A stretch of DNA of 63,508 bases, filler included, from Octopus bimaculoides (taxonomy: Eukaryota), in the NCBI RefSeq assembly GCF_001194135.2. It is 6 parts of 5 records of this genome, joined end to end, with 100 filler letters (N's around TTAATTAATTAA, not from the genome) between each part and the next. Parts side by side here need not be neighbours in the genome. Positions count along the whole stretch, not along the records: positions 1 to 15,183 come from NC_069008.1; 5 more parts are not named here. One strand, 5' to 3'. Within the stretch, counting starts at the first letter, position 1, and each line of letters starts with the position of its first letter. This document shows positions 1 to 10,545 of the stretch, piece after piece. Below the pieces are notes generated by a model that saw only the letters and a list, made by a program, of their open reading frames with translations, was not told where the DNA came from and did not search any database. A program made the position numbers and the translations under genes.

Positions 1-87
1 ATCTTTCTTTTCTTTCCTTTCCAGAGCATCCAATAACACTGTACTTATTCCACATCCTCGCGTTGTTTTTTTTTTCATGTTTGAATT

Positions 88-118
<31 letters not shown>

Positions 119-120
119 AT

Positions 121-385
121 CACCATCATCATCATCATCATCGTTTAACGTCCGCTTTCCATGCTAGCATGGGTTGGACGATTTGACTGAGGCCTGGCGA
201 ACGAGATGGCTACACCAGACTCCAATCTGATCTGGCAAAGTTTCTACAGCTGGATGCCCTTCATAATGCCAACCACTCTGAGAGTGTAGTGGGTGCTTTT
301 ACGTGCCACCGGCACGTGGGCCAGTCTGGTGGTATTGACAATGGCCACACTCAAATGGTATTTTTTATGTGCCACCTGCACAGGA
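121..385 (-). mobile_element. SINE copy with RTE-type 3' tail ending in (GAT)n (reads catcatcat...gtttaacgtccg on +)
   Basis: Same tail module recurs at ~41090-41330 (+) and ~45670-45870 (-). Terminal ATG/CAT triplet repeats are typical of RTE-mobilised SINEs. Confidence 0.7.
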
Positions 386-495
386 GTATATATATATATA
401 GTACAGGTGTTTATGACAAACCATGTTATTTTGACAACCAGGTTTACAGATGAAAGTACAAAGTACATAAAGAATTAGAGAATGAACAAAAGTTT

Positions 496-624
496 AATGT
501 TACAGCTGTTTCGGCCTAGCTTTGGCATGCCTCATTCTATCCGAATAGTTCCTGCCAGAGTGATTATCAGATGAAATGCTGAAATGGGGGTACATGCACG
601 ATTCGCTAGGCCTCTTCAGAGATT
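496..624 (-). ncRNA. Type I hammerhead ribozyme motif of the Penelope/retrozyme minimal type with long helix II insertion
   Basis: Minus strand reads AAUCU-CUGAAGA-GGCCUAGC-[84 nt]-GCUAGGCC-GAAA-C-AGCU-G-UA/ACAUU. It has both conserved core strands, an 8-bp perfect helix II, a palindromic helix III tetraloop, and helix I with one mismatch. Confidence 0.75.
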
Positions 625-1226
625 CACAACGAATTTCATACAAATATAGAGTAAGAGGTAAAAACAAAGGTGAAATAGAAACAAGAACAAAAACAAAAGT
701 AAAAATAGAAATAAAAATAAGGGTACAGGAAGAAAAAAATAGTAATAAAAAATAAATAAATGAAAAATGAAAATATAACATATAGGAAATATAAAAATAT
801 ATAAAAACATAAAAATATAAGACACATAAAAAGCCTACAAACAGTACAAATAGCTTATATTTTTATGTTCAGCAAAAGAGATTGATAGAATAAGTACTAG
901 GCTTAAATAGTACATAAGTACTGGGGCTGATTAGTTTGACTAAAATTCTCCAAGGCGTGTTCCAGCATGGCCACAGTCTAATGACTGAGACAAGTAAAAA
1001 ATAAAAGATTAAAGGTAACTAACTAAACAAATAAAATGTTAAAGAAAAAGTAGGTAACATTCTAGCACACTGCACCCTCCCCAACAACCTCAGTTTCTGC
1101 CTTCCACTATTCATCTTTTTCTGTTAACACCTGTTTTGATTTTATATTTTCACTCCTATCATCATTGTCCTCATCTTTTGTATTTACAATTATTCAAATT
1201 CTTCTTCTTGTATCAACTTCAGATTC

Positions 1227-1619
1227 ATGTGGCGTTATGTGTTTACTGATTTCTTGGAATATGTCAGTGAATCTTTGGCCCAAGAAGGAACTGGGTCAGA
1301 AGATGTCAATAGTAACAGCAACAACAACAGCCACAATGGCATCAGTGATAGGGACAGTGGAGGAGGTCGTGAAGAAGTAAAATACGAAGATGAAAATGAC
1401 TTTGAGGAGGAGGAAGAGGAGGAAGAGGAGGTTGAAGGTAAAGATGTGGATGAAAGAAAAAGCACTTATTACTCTGAGGATGATGAGGAACTCTTGGAAG
1501 GTTGGTCAGCAATCCCTGACATAATTCTAGAAGATATTTTGTCACTGCTTTCTCCAAAATACCGGCACCAATGTTCCATGGTCTGCCGACGCTGGTACAG
1601 ATATTTTTACTCAGCCAGG
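1227..1619 (+). CDS. F-box/LRR protein, coding exon 1 (acidic N-terminus plus F-box motif)
   Basis: ORF 1227 contains the F-box WSAIPDIILEDILSLLSPKYRHQCSMVCRRWYRYF. There is an acceptor (pyrimidine tract...ttcag) at 1222 just upstream and a donor AGG|GTATGG at 1620. An upstream exon may exist outside this call. Confidence 0.85.
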
Positions 1620-1689
1620 GTATGGAATGTATTTTGTCTTTGCTTTCCTTTTCATCTTTTATTTTTGTTATTATTAGTTAGAAATGGAT

Positions 1690-2342
1690 GATGGGGAGCT
1701 GGCAGAATCATTAGCATGCCAGGTAAAATGCTTAGTGGCATTTTGTCCATCTTTACATTCTAAGTTCAAATTCTGCTGAGGTCATCTTTACCATTCATCT
1801 TTTTGGGGGTGAATAAAATAAGTACCAGTGGAACACTGGAGTTGATGAAAGTGACTTAACCCTTCTCTCAAAATTGCTGGCTTTGTGCCAGAATTTGAAA
1901 CCTGTTATTACTCAGACATGAATGGTGGGGAGCTGGCAGAATTGTTAGCATTTCTTCCTGCTCTTTATGTTCTGAGTATAAATCCTGCCAAGGCCAGCTT
2001 TGCCTTTCATCCTTTCAGAGTTGATAAAATAAAGTACCAGTCAAGTACGGGGGTCATTGGTATTGACTAACCACCTTCTCTCAAAACTGCTGGTTTTGTG
2101 CCAAAATTTGAAATCATTATCATTAGCATTATTATAAGGTGGTGAGCTGGCAGAATTGTTAGCACACCTAGCAAAATGCTCTGCAGCATCTTGCCCATCT
2201 TTGCATTCTAAGTTCAAATTCCACCAAAGTCGACTTTGTCTTTCACTCTTTTGAGTCAGTAAGACAAGTACCAGTTGAGTACTAGGGTCGATGTAATTGA
2301 CTTACCCTAAATTGCTGGCCTTGTGCCAAAATTTGAAATCCT
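1690..2342 (+). mobile_element. Three head-to-tail copies of a ~210-bp tRNA-derived SINE
   Basis: Each copy has an A-box-like gagctggcagaat..ttagc. Copies 1 and 3 keep a B-box-like gttcaaattc, and all share the tail ctcaaaattgctggc.ttgtgcca.aatttgaa. Copies lie at ~1690-1902, ~1920-2112 and ~2135-2342. Confidence 0.8.
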
Positions 2343-2699
2343 TATTACTTCTCTTATTATCACTACTAAAAATATTGTTATTTGTGTTATGATTACTATC
2401 ATGGTTATGATTATATGCAGTGATAATAGTCCTGTAGTAACGCCGTGCGCATGCGTGGAATTAAACAAGCAAGCTTTCCCGCTTAATTCTACCTCTTTCT
2501 TGCTGGCCAGCAATAGAGCATGGACGTGTTTAGCTGTCACTCTCCATCTTTCGGACTTACACTCGATAGCTCGCTTACATCTACATAACAACGTCCCAAC
2601 AACTATGCTCACACACACAGAAGCTGTAACAACAAGAGCTAAAGATGTATATATTTACCACCTAAATAAAGAGTTGTTTAAGTTGATAGTCCGGAGTTC

Positions 2700-3440
2700 A
2701 GCGTTCCGTTATATATTTCATAATTTTATATAGGAAAGTCAGGTATACATCTAATGATGTATAACCAACTTTCCTATAGTCCCTATCTTAGGTGGTTTAT
2801 CATAGAAGAGTTTAATAGTTGATGTATTAAATATTAAGTAATAGTTATGTTGAAATAGGAAATTAAATTTTAGAATATTAAAGAACAATTTAGGCAATAC
2901 TTTAACTTTCAATCAGAAGAGAGGTGTAAACCAAAGAACTGAATGTCTCCTATTCTTATTAAGTCCACCTGAACATTTGAAATAAGGGCAAGTATCTAGA
3001 AAACGATGTATACTGTTCCTTTCAGAATCAGCTCTCATATTGGTGGTGTAAGTAGAGTTGCAGATAGAGGGTCAGGAAGAGGATTACTTCTGGGGAAAGA
3101 AATATTATTGCCAGAAGATATAAGAGAAGGAAAGGATTAGTATTTGAATTGTTGATAGGGAGAATCTCATTATTACTGTTCAGTGTATTATGATTAGCTG
3201 TGGTTGGTTTACTGTATGCAGTTAATTGAGCTAGTAACATTTTCAGCTCAGTCCTCAATATGCACTTTATTTTATCAGAGAAGCTACTATTAAGCAGGGC
3301 TTGGTTATAAGAAGGATTGGTTATAATAAGGGCCTGGTTATTAAATATATCTTCATTAGCGAATAGATTAGAAACTTTATAATAGAAATGCTATTTATTA
3401 TACTATTGAATACAAACCTATGGTGGTTAAATCTCATTCT
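2700..3440 (-). mobile_element. Degenerate Penelope-like element ORF fragment in F-box intron
   Basis: Manual minus-strand translation gives NRRHSVLWFTPLF*LKVKVLPKLFFNILKFNF...IFNTSTIKLFY and LFANEDIFNNQ, resembling the Penelope RT thumb/linker (RxRNIIWFNPPF...IFNRNTVKVSY). Stops and frameshifts are present. Confidence 0.6.
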
Positions 3441-4789
3441 GACAGAGTTAAGTTATTTGTTAGGACAGATAATACAAAACAGAGTTTAAAGCTAAGATGG
3501 CATCAAGAAAGCAAGCAATTTTATGTCTGTTGTCAAAACTAATGGCTTGATTGAAGTCACTGCAAAATTTATGTAAAGCTCTTCTACTATGTTCTAATCC
3601 TGATTGAGACAAACGTGGGAACGGGGTGGGGAGAGGGGGCTAAAGGTGCATGCAGCAAGTGATGGTGAGCAATATAGGATGGCTCAGGGGGCTATGGTTA
3701 AGTTGGGTGTGATGGTAGTTTTGAGAGGGCATTGAGTGATAGCAGGTAAGAGACGTGTAAAAAATGGAGTATAGAGGAGGAGAGTAGTGACTGAAGGCAG
3801 AAAAAGAAGTGATTGGTAGAAGTAGTGTGAACAGGGATGATAAAGGAGAATGAAAGTGCTATTGTGGGGGAGGGGAATGTAATTTGTGTCCATTCTGCTC
3901 TCAAGTGATTACAGCAGGCAAGTAGTACCCTAGACAGAGAAATGATGGGTGTTGAGGGAAGTGATGTCGGGGAAATGCTTGATGGAGCAAAAACAGTCTG
4001 TCAAATGCTTGACAAATCTCCACACCTACAAGCATACCAAAGGTGGTTTTAGGATGTCGTTTCTACTGCATTGGATGAGTCTTCTCAAGCATATATATAT
4101 ATATACACACACACACACACGAGTGTGTATGTATGGCTTTGTGTACATACTAATGATTCATTTGTTTCTAGTCATCCATGAAAATATACCTGGCTATGGA
4201 GAAATATTACCTTGTTTGGAGGCAAATGTAAGAGTTTACAACAGGAAGGGCATCTGACCGCAGTCCATCTACCTCAATGAATTTCATTTGACCCATGCAA
4301 GCAAGGAAAAGTGGATGTTAAAATGATAATGATTTGAATCTAAATTGCAAGAAATTTTTAATTTGGAAACGAATTATTGTTTTGTTTATCTGAATAAAAA
4401 AAAAAAGAATCAAAGAAAACATTTTAAAAATTTACCCTGATAAAGTTCTAAATATAATGTACACATTTTCACTAGTTGCAATGTTTAGGAGTGTTTATGA
4501 TACAAAGTTCATTCATTTGTTTAATCTTATGTTTGCTTTTCAATGCCAGCACGTAAAGCATGATTATACTATGAATGTATTGTCTACAGCCAGATGCTGT
4601 TCTTTTTGACGGTCTCTTATTCTATGTCTTTGAAGTTAGATGATTTGCTGACAGGGGAAATAATAATGTTACTGCTTGTAGCTCAGTGGATCATTTTTGG
4701 AGAAGTGTGCACGCACACGCACACACACACACACACACACAGCATATCAATGTCCATGTCCCCATGTTTGATAGCATGTTGAGATAGAG

Positions 4790-5039
4790 CAGTTTCTCAA
4801 CCATTTTTACTTATGGATCTCTTTGATTCCTGTTTTACTCAGATGGACCCTCCTAGCCATCCAATGTTTTTTAAAAAAAAATCCTATTATATTTTTATAA
4901 CATTATTAAGAATTGTATGAAAAAATTATTAAAATATGTTGTATATTGTAGAAGTTTAACCAATATATTGCACATAAATTTTAACAAAATCTTATATTGG
5001 AGCCCCAAGGGTCATATAGACCCTGGTTGAGAAACACTG
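4790..5039 (-). mobile_element. hAT (Charlie/Buster-like) MITE, ~250 bp
   Basis: TIRs cag(tg)tttctcaacc / ggttgagaaacactg. Degenerate 8-bp TSD agatagag/aggtagat with central TA. A second copy lies in the opposite orientation at 22611-22877. Confidence 0.75.
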
Positions 5040-5984
5040 AGGTAGATGGCTAGATGCCTTTTCTGCCATCACCCCTTATCAACTTGCGAGCAAAGTAAAT
5101 GTTCCTTATGATGGTGATACTTGTTTACGACTATTGCACGATAAAACACATGTACACCCACATACATACACTGTTCCAGCACATCTCCCTCATCATCCTC
5201 CAAGGCAATGCCTTTTCCATTTTATCTGCTGGGACCATGTATGTCAGTCTGAATTATCAGAAATCAGGAGAATGTAAGAATTTTGTAGCTTACTACACAA
5301 ACAATAAACTTATGTAACTCTTCATATATTAATTAACCCCTAATTTTTTTAAAAAAAGCTCATGAGTCATCAACAAAAAATAATAAAGTAAAAGGCATAA
5401 CAACACACTTCTCTCTCCCCCTCCACATTCCTTGTCTTTTCTTCTACACGTTTTCTGCATACACTTGTATGTCCACACACACATGTACACTTACAGGCTT
5501 CTTTCAGTTTCCATCTGTTGTATCCACTAATGAGGTTTTGGTCTGCCTGGAGCTGTAGTGGAAGATACTTGCCCAAGTTACTGCTCTGTGGGAATGAACC
5601 CAATCCCACAGGATTAAGAAGTAAACTTTTTAACTACATAGTTTGCCTGTATAATGTAATAAAACTCAGTACTTTTTCAAAATGATTTTTAATTTTATAG
5701 AATAGATTCTATATAAATATATTAAGTAAAATCATGGCTGTTCTTGTCCCCTACATCCTTCTTCAGCCAAGTGATCCTAACTTTGTGGGCTCATGGGTGC
5801 TGGTGCCACATAAAAAGCACACATGCCAGTGTCATGTAAAAGTGCCCAGTATACTCTGTAAAGTGGTTGGCATTAGCAAGGGCATCCAGCTGTAGAAACT
5901 AAGCCAAAATGGACATGGAACCGGGGCGGTTTTTGCTGATGTTATTATTATTATTTATTCATAATAATAATAATAATAACATCA

Positions 5985-6175
5985 GCAAAAAATACCTTAG
6001 GAATGAGAACCCAGGGTTGGGTTCAAAATTCCACCAGGACACCTGAGGAAAGCTGGAGAGTAAATCAGCCAAAACATTGTGGTAACAACAAACAAGATGA
6101 GGACACATATCCATCCAATGTAAATAATGTAAATGACGTACAGAATTCCTCATCTCTAAAATATAGAATGGTATT
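5985..6175 (+). mobile_element. Penelope pseudo-LTR-like repeat with a decayed hammerhead motif
   Basis: acac-CTGAGGA-a-agctg-gagagtaaat-cagcc-AAAA-cattgtg at 6039-6081 has hammerhead topology. The GAAA core is changed to AAAA and CG to CA, consistent with CpG decay. Confidence 0.55.
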
Positions 6176-6430
6176 ATTACTCTAATAGCTATTGTGTATT
6201 AACATTGTATATTACAATTGGTATCACAGGGTTGTAATACAGTTTAGGCCTTTAAATTGAGATGTGTATTATATCCATGAGCTTTGATAGTTATAAACAA
6301 TTTGAACTGGAAAAAACCCCGAAAAAATATGAAATGGAAAAATTTAAAAGGAAAGCTTGAATTAGAAAATGTCATTTTTCCTATCTTAACAATTTAATAT
6401 CAACTGCTTTTTTTTTTTTCTATTTTGCAG

Positions 6431-7642
6431 GTATGGGAGGCATTTACTCTCAATGACCGATCTTTCACTCGGAAGAAATTTAATTTGTATTTAGGTTACC
6501 AACATGAGAGTGATCCCAGGAAGGTGCAGCTGTGTTTGGCCCGGGTTGGCTCTTTCTTCAAAAGCATCATCATCCCACCCATCAAAGATTACTTCAACCT
6601 GTATGAGTTTCTGCGAGTTTTGGGTTACTTCCTCAACTTCTTCGATAATTATCCAATGCCACACCTTAAAACTTTTCATTTCACCTTCCACTGCGAGTTT
6701 TGGGAACACAGTGGAGTCAGCATCCATGGAACTGGTGGAGACATTTTGGACAAGATGAAGAAAGTGATTGGCAGTATGAAGAATATGAAGGAGATTCATT
6801 TGGCCAACCTGATGTTGGACATGAAAGATGCCAGTGACTTCATCGATCCGATCTACAAAGTGAGTGGAGATTCACTGCAGACACTGAGTTTGGTTAATTG
6901 CACCAATGATGTTTTCCCATTCCCAATGATTGCACAGATGTCTGCACTGCAAAAGCTGGTCATCTCATCAAATAACATCGATGATGAGAGTGTCCTGTTG
7001 TTTGCTGGGACACAGCTAACTGAGATTCAAATTGTTGAAGACCACCTCACACCATCCAGCATACCAATCTCACCAGCGACATGGAGCTTCTTGCTTGAAA
7101 TGATCCCTTATATCCGAGTGGTGCTGAGGACACTTGGTCGACTTAGGCGAGATATGATGCAGCAGCCTGGAGCACCAGTGTACTCAGTCATCCATGAGAA
7201 TCCACGCAGCCAGTTAAGGCCAGCTGTTGCTATGCAAATTGCAGACCTGTATCATAAAAACCTTGAACTCTTTGCTCAACTTAAGTTGCCCCGAGTACAT
7301 GGCTCACGTTCGTTCACTGAACGGATTGATTCTAACCTGCTGATGATGGTCAAGAGTTGTCCAAAATTGCACACACTCATCATCAAGGAAAGACTTTCCA
7401 CAGCTTCTCTTCTCCTTTTGGTCCACGAAGCAAAGAACCTCAAGAAACTCTATGTTCGTAAGAACGCTTTGCTACGAAAGTATGATTGGCCTCGGTTACC
7501 TGAGTGGTCAGACAGCTTTTACAAATGGCTGAAACGAACTTCGTATGACATAAACTCTCTTGAAGACTACATATCTGAGGTTCTAGATTACCGATGGCAC
7601 CCCTTAACTGATAAACAATTTAAGCTTTTGTCTTTGATGTGA
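6431..7642 (+). CDS. F-box/LRR protein, coding exon 2 (degenerate LRR region, FBXO39/FBXL3-like class). Spliced product ~534 aa.
   Basis: Long clean ORF after acceptor ttttgcag (6430), in phase 0 with exon 1 (SAR|VWEAFTLNDR). LRR-like segments include LQTLSLVNC, LQKLVIS, CPKLHTLII and LKKLYV. Stop TGA at 7640-7642. Confidence 0.88.
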   Translation, partial: VWEAFTLNDRSFTRKKFNLYLGYQHESDPRKVQLCLARVGSFFKSIIIPPIKDYFNLYEFLRVLGYFLNFFDNYPMPHLKTFHFTFHCEFWEHSGVSIHGTGGDILDKMKKVIGSMKNMKEIHLANLMLDMKDASDFIDPIYKVSGDSLQTLSLVNCTNDVFPFPMIAQMSALQKLVISSNNIDDESVLLFAGTQLTEIQIVEDHLTPSSIPISPATWSFLLEMIPYIRVVLRTLGRLRRDMMQQPGAPVYSVIHENPRSQLRPAVAMQIADLYHKNLELFAQLKLPRVHGSRSFTERIDSNLLMMVKSCPKLHTLIIKERLSTASLLLLVHEAKNLKKLYVRKNALLRKYDWPRLPEWSDSFYKWLKRTSYDINSLEDYISEVLDYRWHPLTDKQFKLLSLM

Positions 7643-7684
7643 CAAAAGCTTCACCTCAGCCTCGTCCTCCTTCCCAAACTTTCA

Positions 7685-7717
7685 AATAAAAATAGATATA
7701 TATTTATGTAAATAAAA
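7685..7717 (+). terminator. Candidate polyadenylation signals of the F-box gene
   Basis: AATAAA at 7685-7690 and 7712-7717, shortly after the stop codon. Confidence 0.45.
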
Positions 7718-7949
7718 TCTCATTCTTATATATTATCATCTTCATCATCACTTCCACAAATCCCTTTACTATCATCATCACTATCACCATCGTAATCACC
7801 ACAATCCTTGTCACAACTTTCAAGTTTCCTGACATAAACATCTCTGTGTTGTCATCATTGTTCCCAACCACCACCACCACCCCAACAACAACAACCACCA
7901 CTGTTACCTCCCTCCACTTTGCTGTCATCATCATCATCATCATGAAGGT

Positions 7950-8574
7950 GTCAAACACGACTGTTGAGGATAAGAAGAGATAGAGAGTGGATAGTCAGAA
8001 ATGATGGGAAGGAACTATCTGGTCTTACCCGTTGCCCCTGGGTAAGAGGTAGGTGCCTTATCTGGAATCCCACAGTTAGTGACTCCTTTTCTCCTTCCCA
8101 CATCCTGGATGCTGCATTGAATAGGAAGGTTACTATTTCTGTAGCCAAAGGGAACAAAGTCCTTAAGTACTGGGACCTGTCAGTGAACCATCTCTTCCAG
8201 CCAGTGGCATTTGAGACGTTTGGAGGGGCTGAGCCGCTAACAACGAAGTCCTTGTCATCATTGGCAGCTCGCCTTACCAAGCTGACAGGTGAGGATTGTG
8301 AGGGTCTTGGCTGCTCCAACGCCTTAGCCTTGCCATCACCCGCGGTAATGCTGCGAGTGTGGCATTTTGCTTCAGTAGGTTCCACTGAACTTTGTGGTAA
8401 GCGACCAATTGAGACATTTAGGTTGAATTGATGTTTTTTCTTTTTGTTACTTTCTTCTTCATTTTCTTGTTTTTTTTCTTTCTCCGCTCATGTTTGTATT
8501 TTCTTCAGTTTTAGATTTGTAATTTAATGTGATTATATATTGTATACGTGTTATAAATTAAAAAAAAAAAAAAA
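7950..8574 (+). mobile_element. 5'-truncated CRE-clade non-LTR retrotransposon (restriction-like endonuclease C-terminus, 3' UTR, poly(A))
   Basis: DGKELSGLTRCPWVRGRCLIWNPTVSDSF...KYWDL...FQPVAFETFG, then after a frameshift WLLQRLSLAITRGNAASV (from 8308). This matches the RPDGLTxxPWxxGxxLxWD...ET.G...QRISIAIQRGNAASV pattern. A-run at 8560-8574. Confidence 0.75.
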
Positions 8575-10545
8575 GGTTTGAAGGTTTGAAGAAGTAGGCG
8601 AATGAATATAAAATAATTTGAGTTGGGATTAGATTAGAACTTTTGATATAATTCTTGAATACGATTTCAAAGTAATTTGGCATTTTCATATTGCTTACTT
8701 TGGAATTGTCTCCTTTTTATTTTAATCTCAAAACAACACAGAAAAGCAAAACAAGAAGAACTTACAAAGTTATCTCCCTTGAATACTTGAGCAGCCAAAA
8801 TGCTAGAATATTTGAGGGAAGATTANNNNNNNNNNNNNNNNNNNNNNNNNNNNNNNNNNNNNNNNNNNNNNNNNNNNNNNNNNNNNNNNNNNNNNNNNNN
8901 NNNNNNNNNNNNNNNNNNNNNNNNNNNNNNNNNNNNNNNNNNNNNNNNNNNNNNNNNNNNNNNNNNNNNNNNNNNNNNNNNNNNNNNNNNNNNNNNNNNN
9001 NNNNNNNNNNNNNNNNNNNNNNNNNNNNNNNNNNNNNNNNNNNNNNNNNNNNNNNNNNNNNNNNNNNNNNNNNNNNNNNNNNNNNNNNNNNNNNNNNNNN
9101 NNNNNNNNNNNNNNNNNNNNNNNNNNNNNNNNNNNNNNNNNNNNNNNNNNNNNNNNNNNNNNNNNNNNNNNNNNNNNNNNNNNNNNNNNNNNNNNNNNNN
9201 NNNNNNNNNNNNNNNNNNNNNNNNNNNNNNNNNNNNNNNNNNNNNNNNNNNNNNNNNNNNNNNNNNNNNNNNNNNNNNNNNNNNNNNNNNNNNNNNNNNN
9301 NNNNNNNNNNNNNNNNNNNNNNNNNNNNNNNNNNNNNNNNNNNNNNNNNNNNNNNNNNNNNNNNNNNNNNNNNNNNNNNNNNNNNNNNNNNNNNNNNNNN
9401 NNNNNNNNNNNNNNNNNNNNNNNNNNNNNNNNNNNNNNNNNNNNNNNNNNNNNNNNNNNNNNNNNNNNNNNNNNNNNNNNNNNNNNNNNNNNNNNNNNNN
9501 NNNNNNNNNNNNNNNNNNNNNNNNNNNNNNNNNNNNNNNNNNNNNNNNNNNNNNNNNNNNNNNNNNNNNNNNNNNNNNNNNNNNNNNNNNNNCCCCGTCA
9601 CCACTAGACAACCGGGTGCTTTTACGTCCCAATAACTTATCGATTCGGCCTAAGAAGCTGATAGAATAAGAACCAGAATTGTTTTTTTTTTAAATGAAGT
9701 ACTGAGGTCGATTCGTTCGACTAAAATTCTTCAAGGCAGTGCTTCAGCATGACCGCAATCTAATCGCTGAAACAAGTAAATGATAAAAGACATCTATACA
9801 ATGGGCTTCTTTCAGTTTCTCTCTACCAAATCTATACACAGGCTTTGGTTATAGTTGAAGACACTTGCTCGTGGTGCTGTGTAATTGGACTGAACCCGAA
9901 ACCATGAGGTTGGGAAGCAACCTTCATTTTGCACAGCGACCTCTGCGAAACATTTTATGCATTTTTCTTCATTTTTTTCAAATTTTTTTTCTCTGTGTCA
10001 ACGAACTTCTGTATCATGAAATAAAAACTGTAAATAGCTTGGTTTGTCAAGTGATAAGGTTAGTTTTGAAGTCATTCGAAAGGCCACACTTAATGGCTAA
10101 GAAGGCTGCTGGTTCCTCACCTCTGGCTTAGTATGTGATAACAATCAGGTGTAGTAAGAGCTAGAATTAGTACACGATGGAGAGGAAGAGTTGGTGTATC
10201 GAAGTTTTTCAAATTATTTAATGAAATAACACTAGAGAATATTATTGATATATAATTTCTTAAAAAGGTAAAAAAAAAATCGATTCTTCACTTAGCTGGC
10301 ACTTTGTTTTATTGACCCTGAGAAGAAGAAAGGTAAAGTTAGCTTTGACGAGATTTAGAATTTAATCGCAGAATGTAATGAGTTAGAACAAATACAAAAA
10401 TACAGAGTATTTTGCCCAAACCTTTAACGATTCACAACTTTACATTTTATCCATTTCTTTTTCTTTTTCAGTTTCTTTGCTAACTGTTTATTGATTTATT
10501 GAATCACTAAAAAAAATCTGTAAATAGTGACAGCCAGTTTGGGAG

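Noticed and set aside
6491-6799. ORFs antisense or out of frame to the F-box and POU3 exons
   Set aside because: Shadow ORFs of real coding sequence with no independent motifs.
8691-9669. Long ORFs spanning N-runs (also ~15511-16425, 33198-33897, 35646-36465, 47140-47787, 50837-51342)
   Set aside because: Open only because N translates as X.
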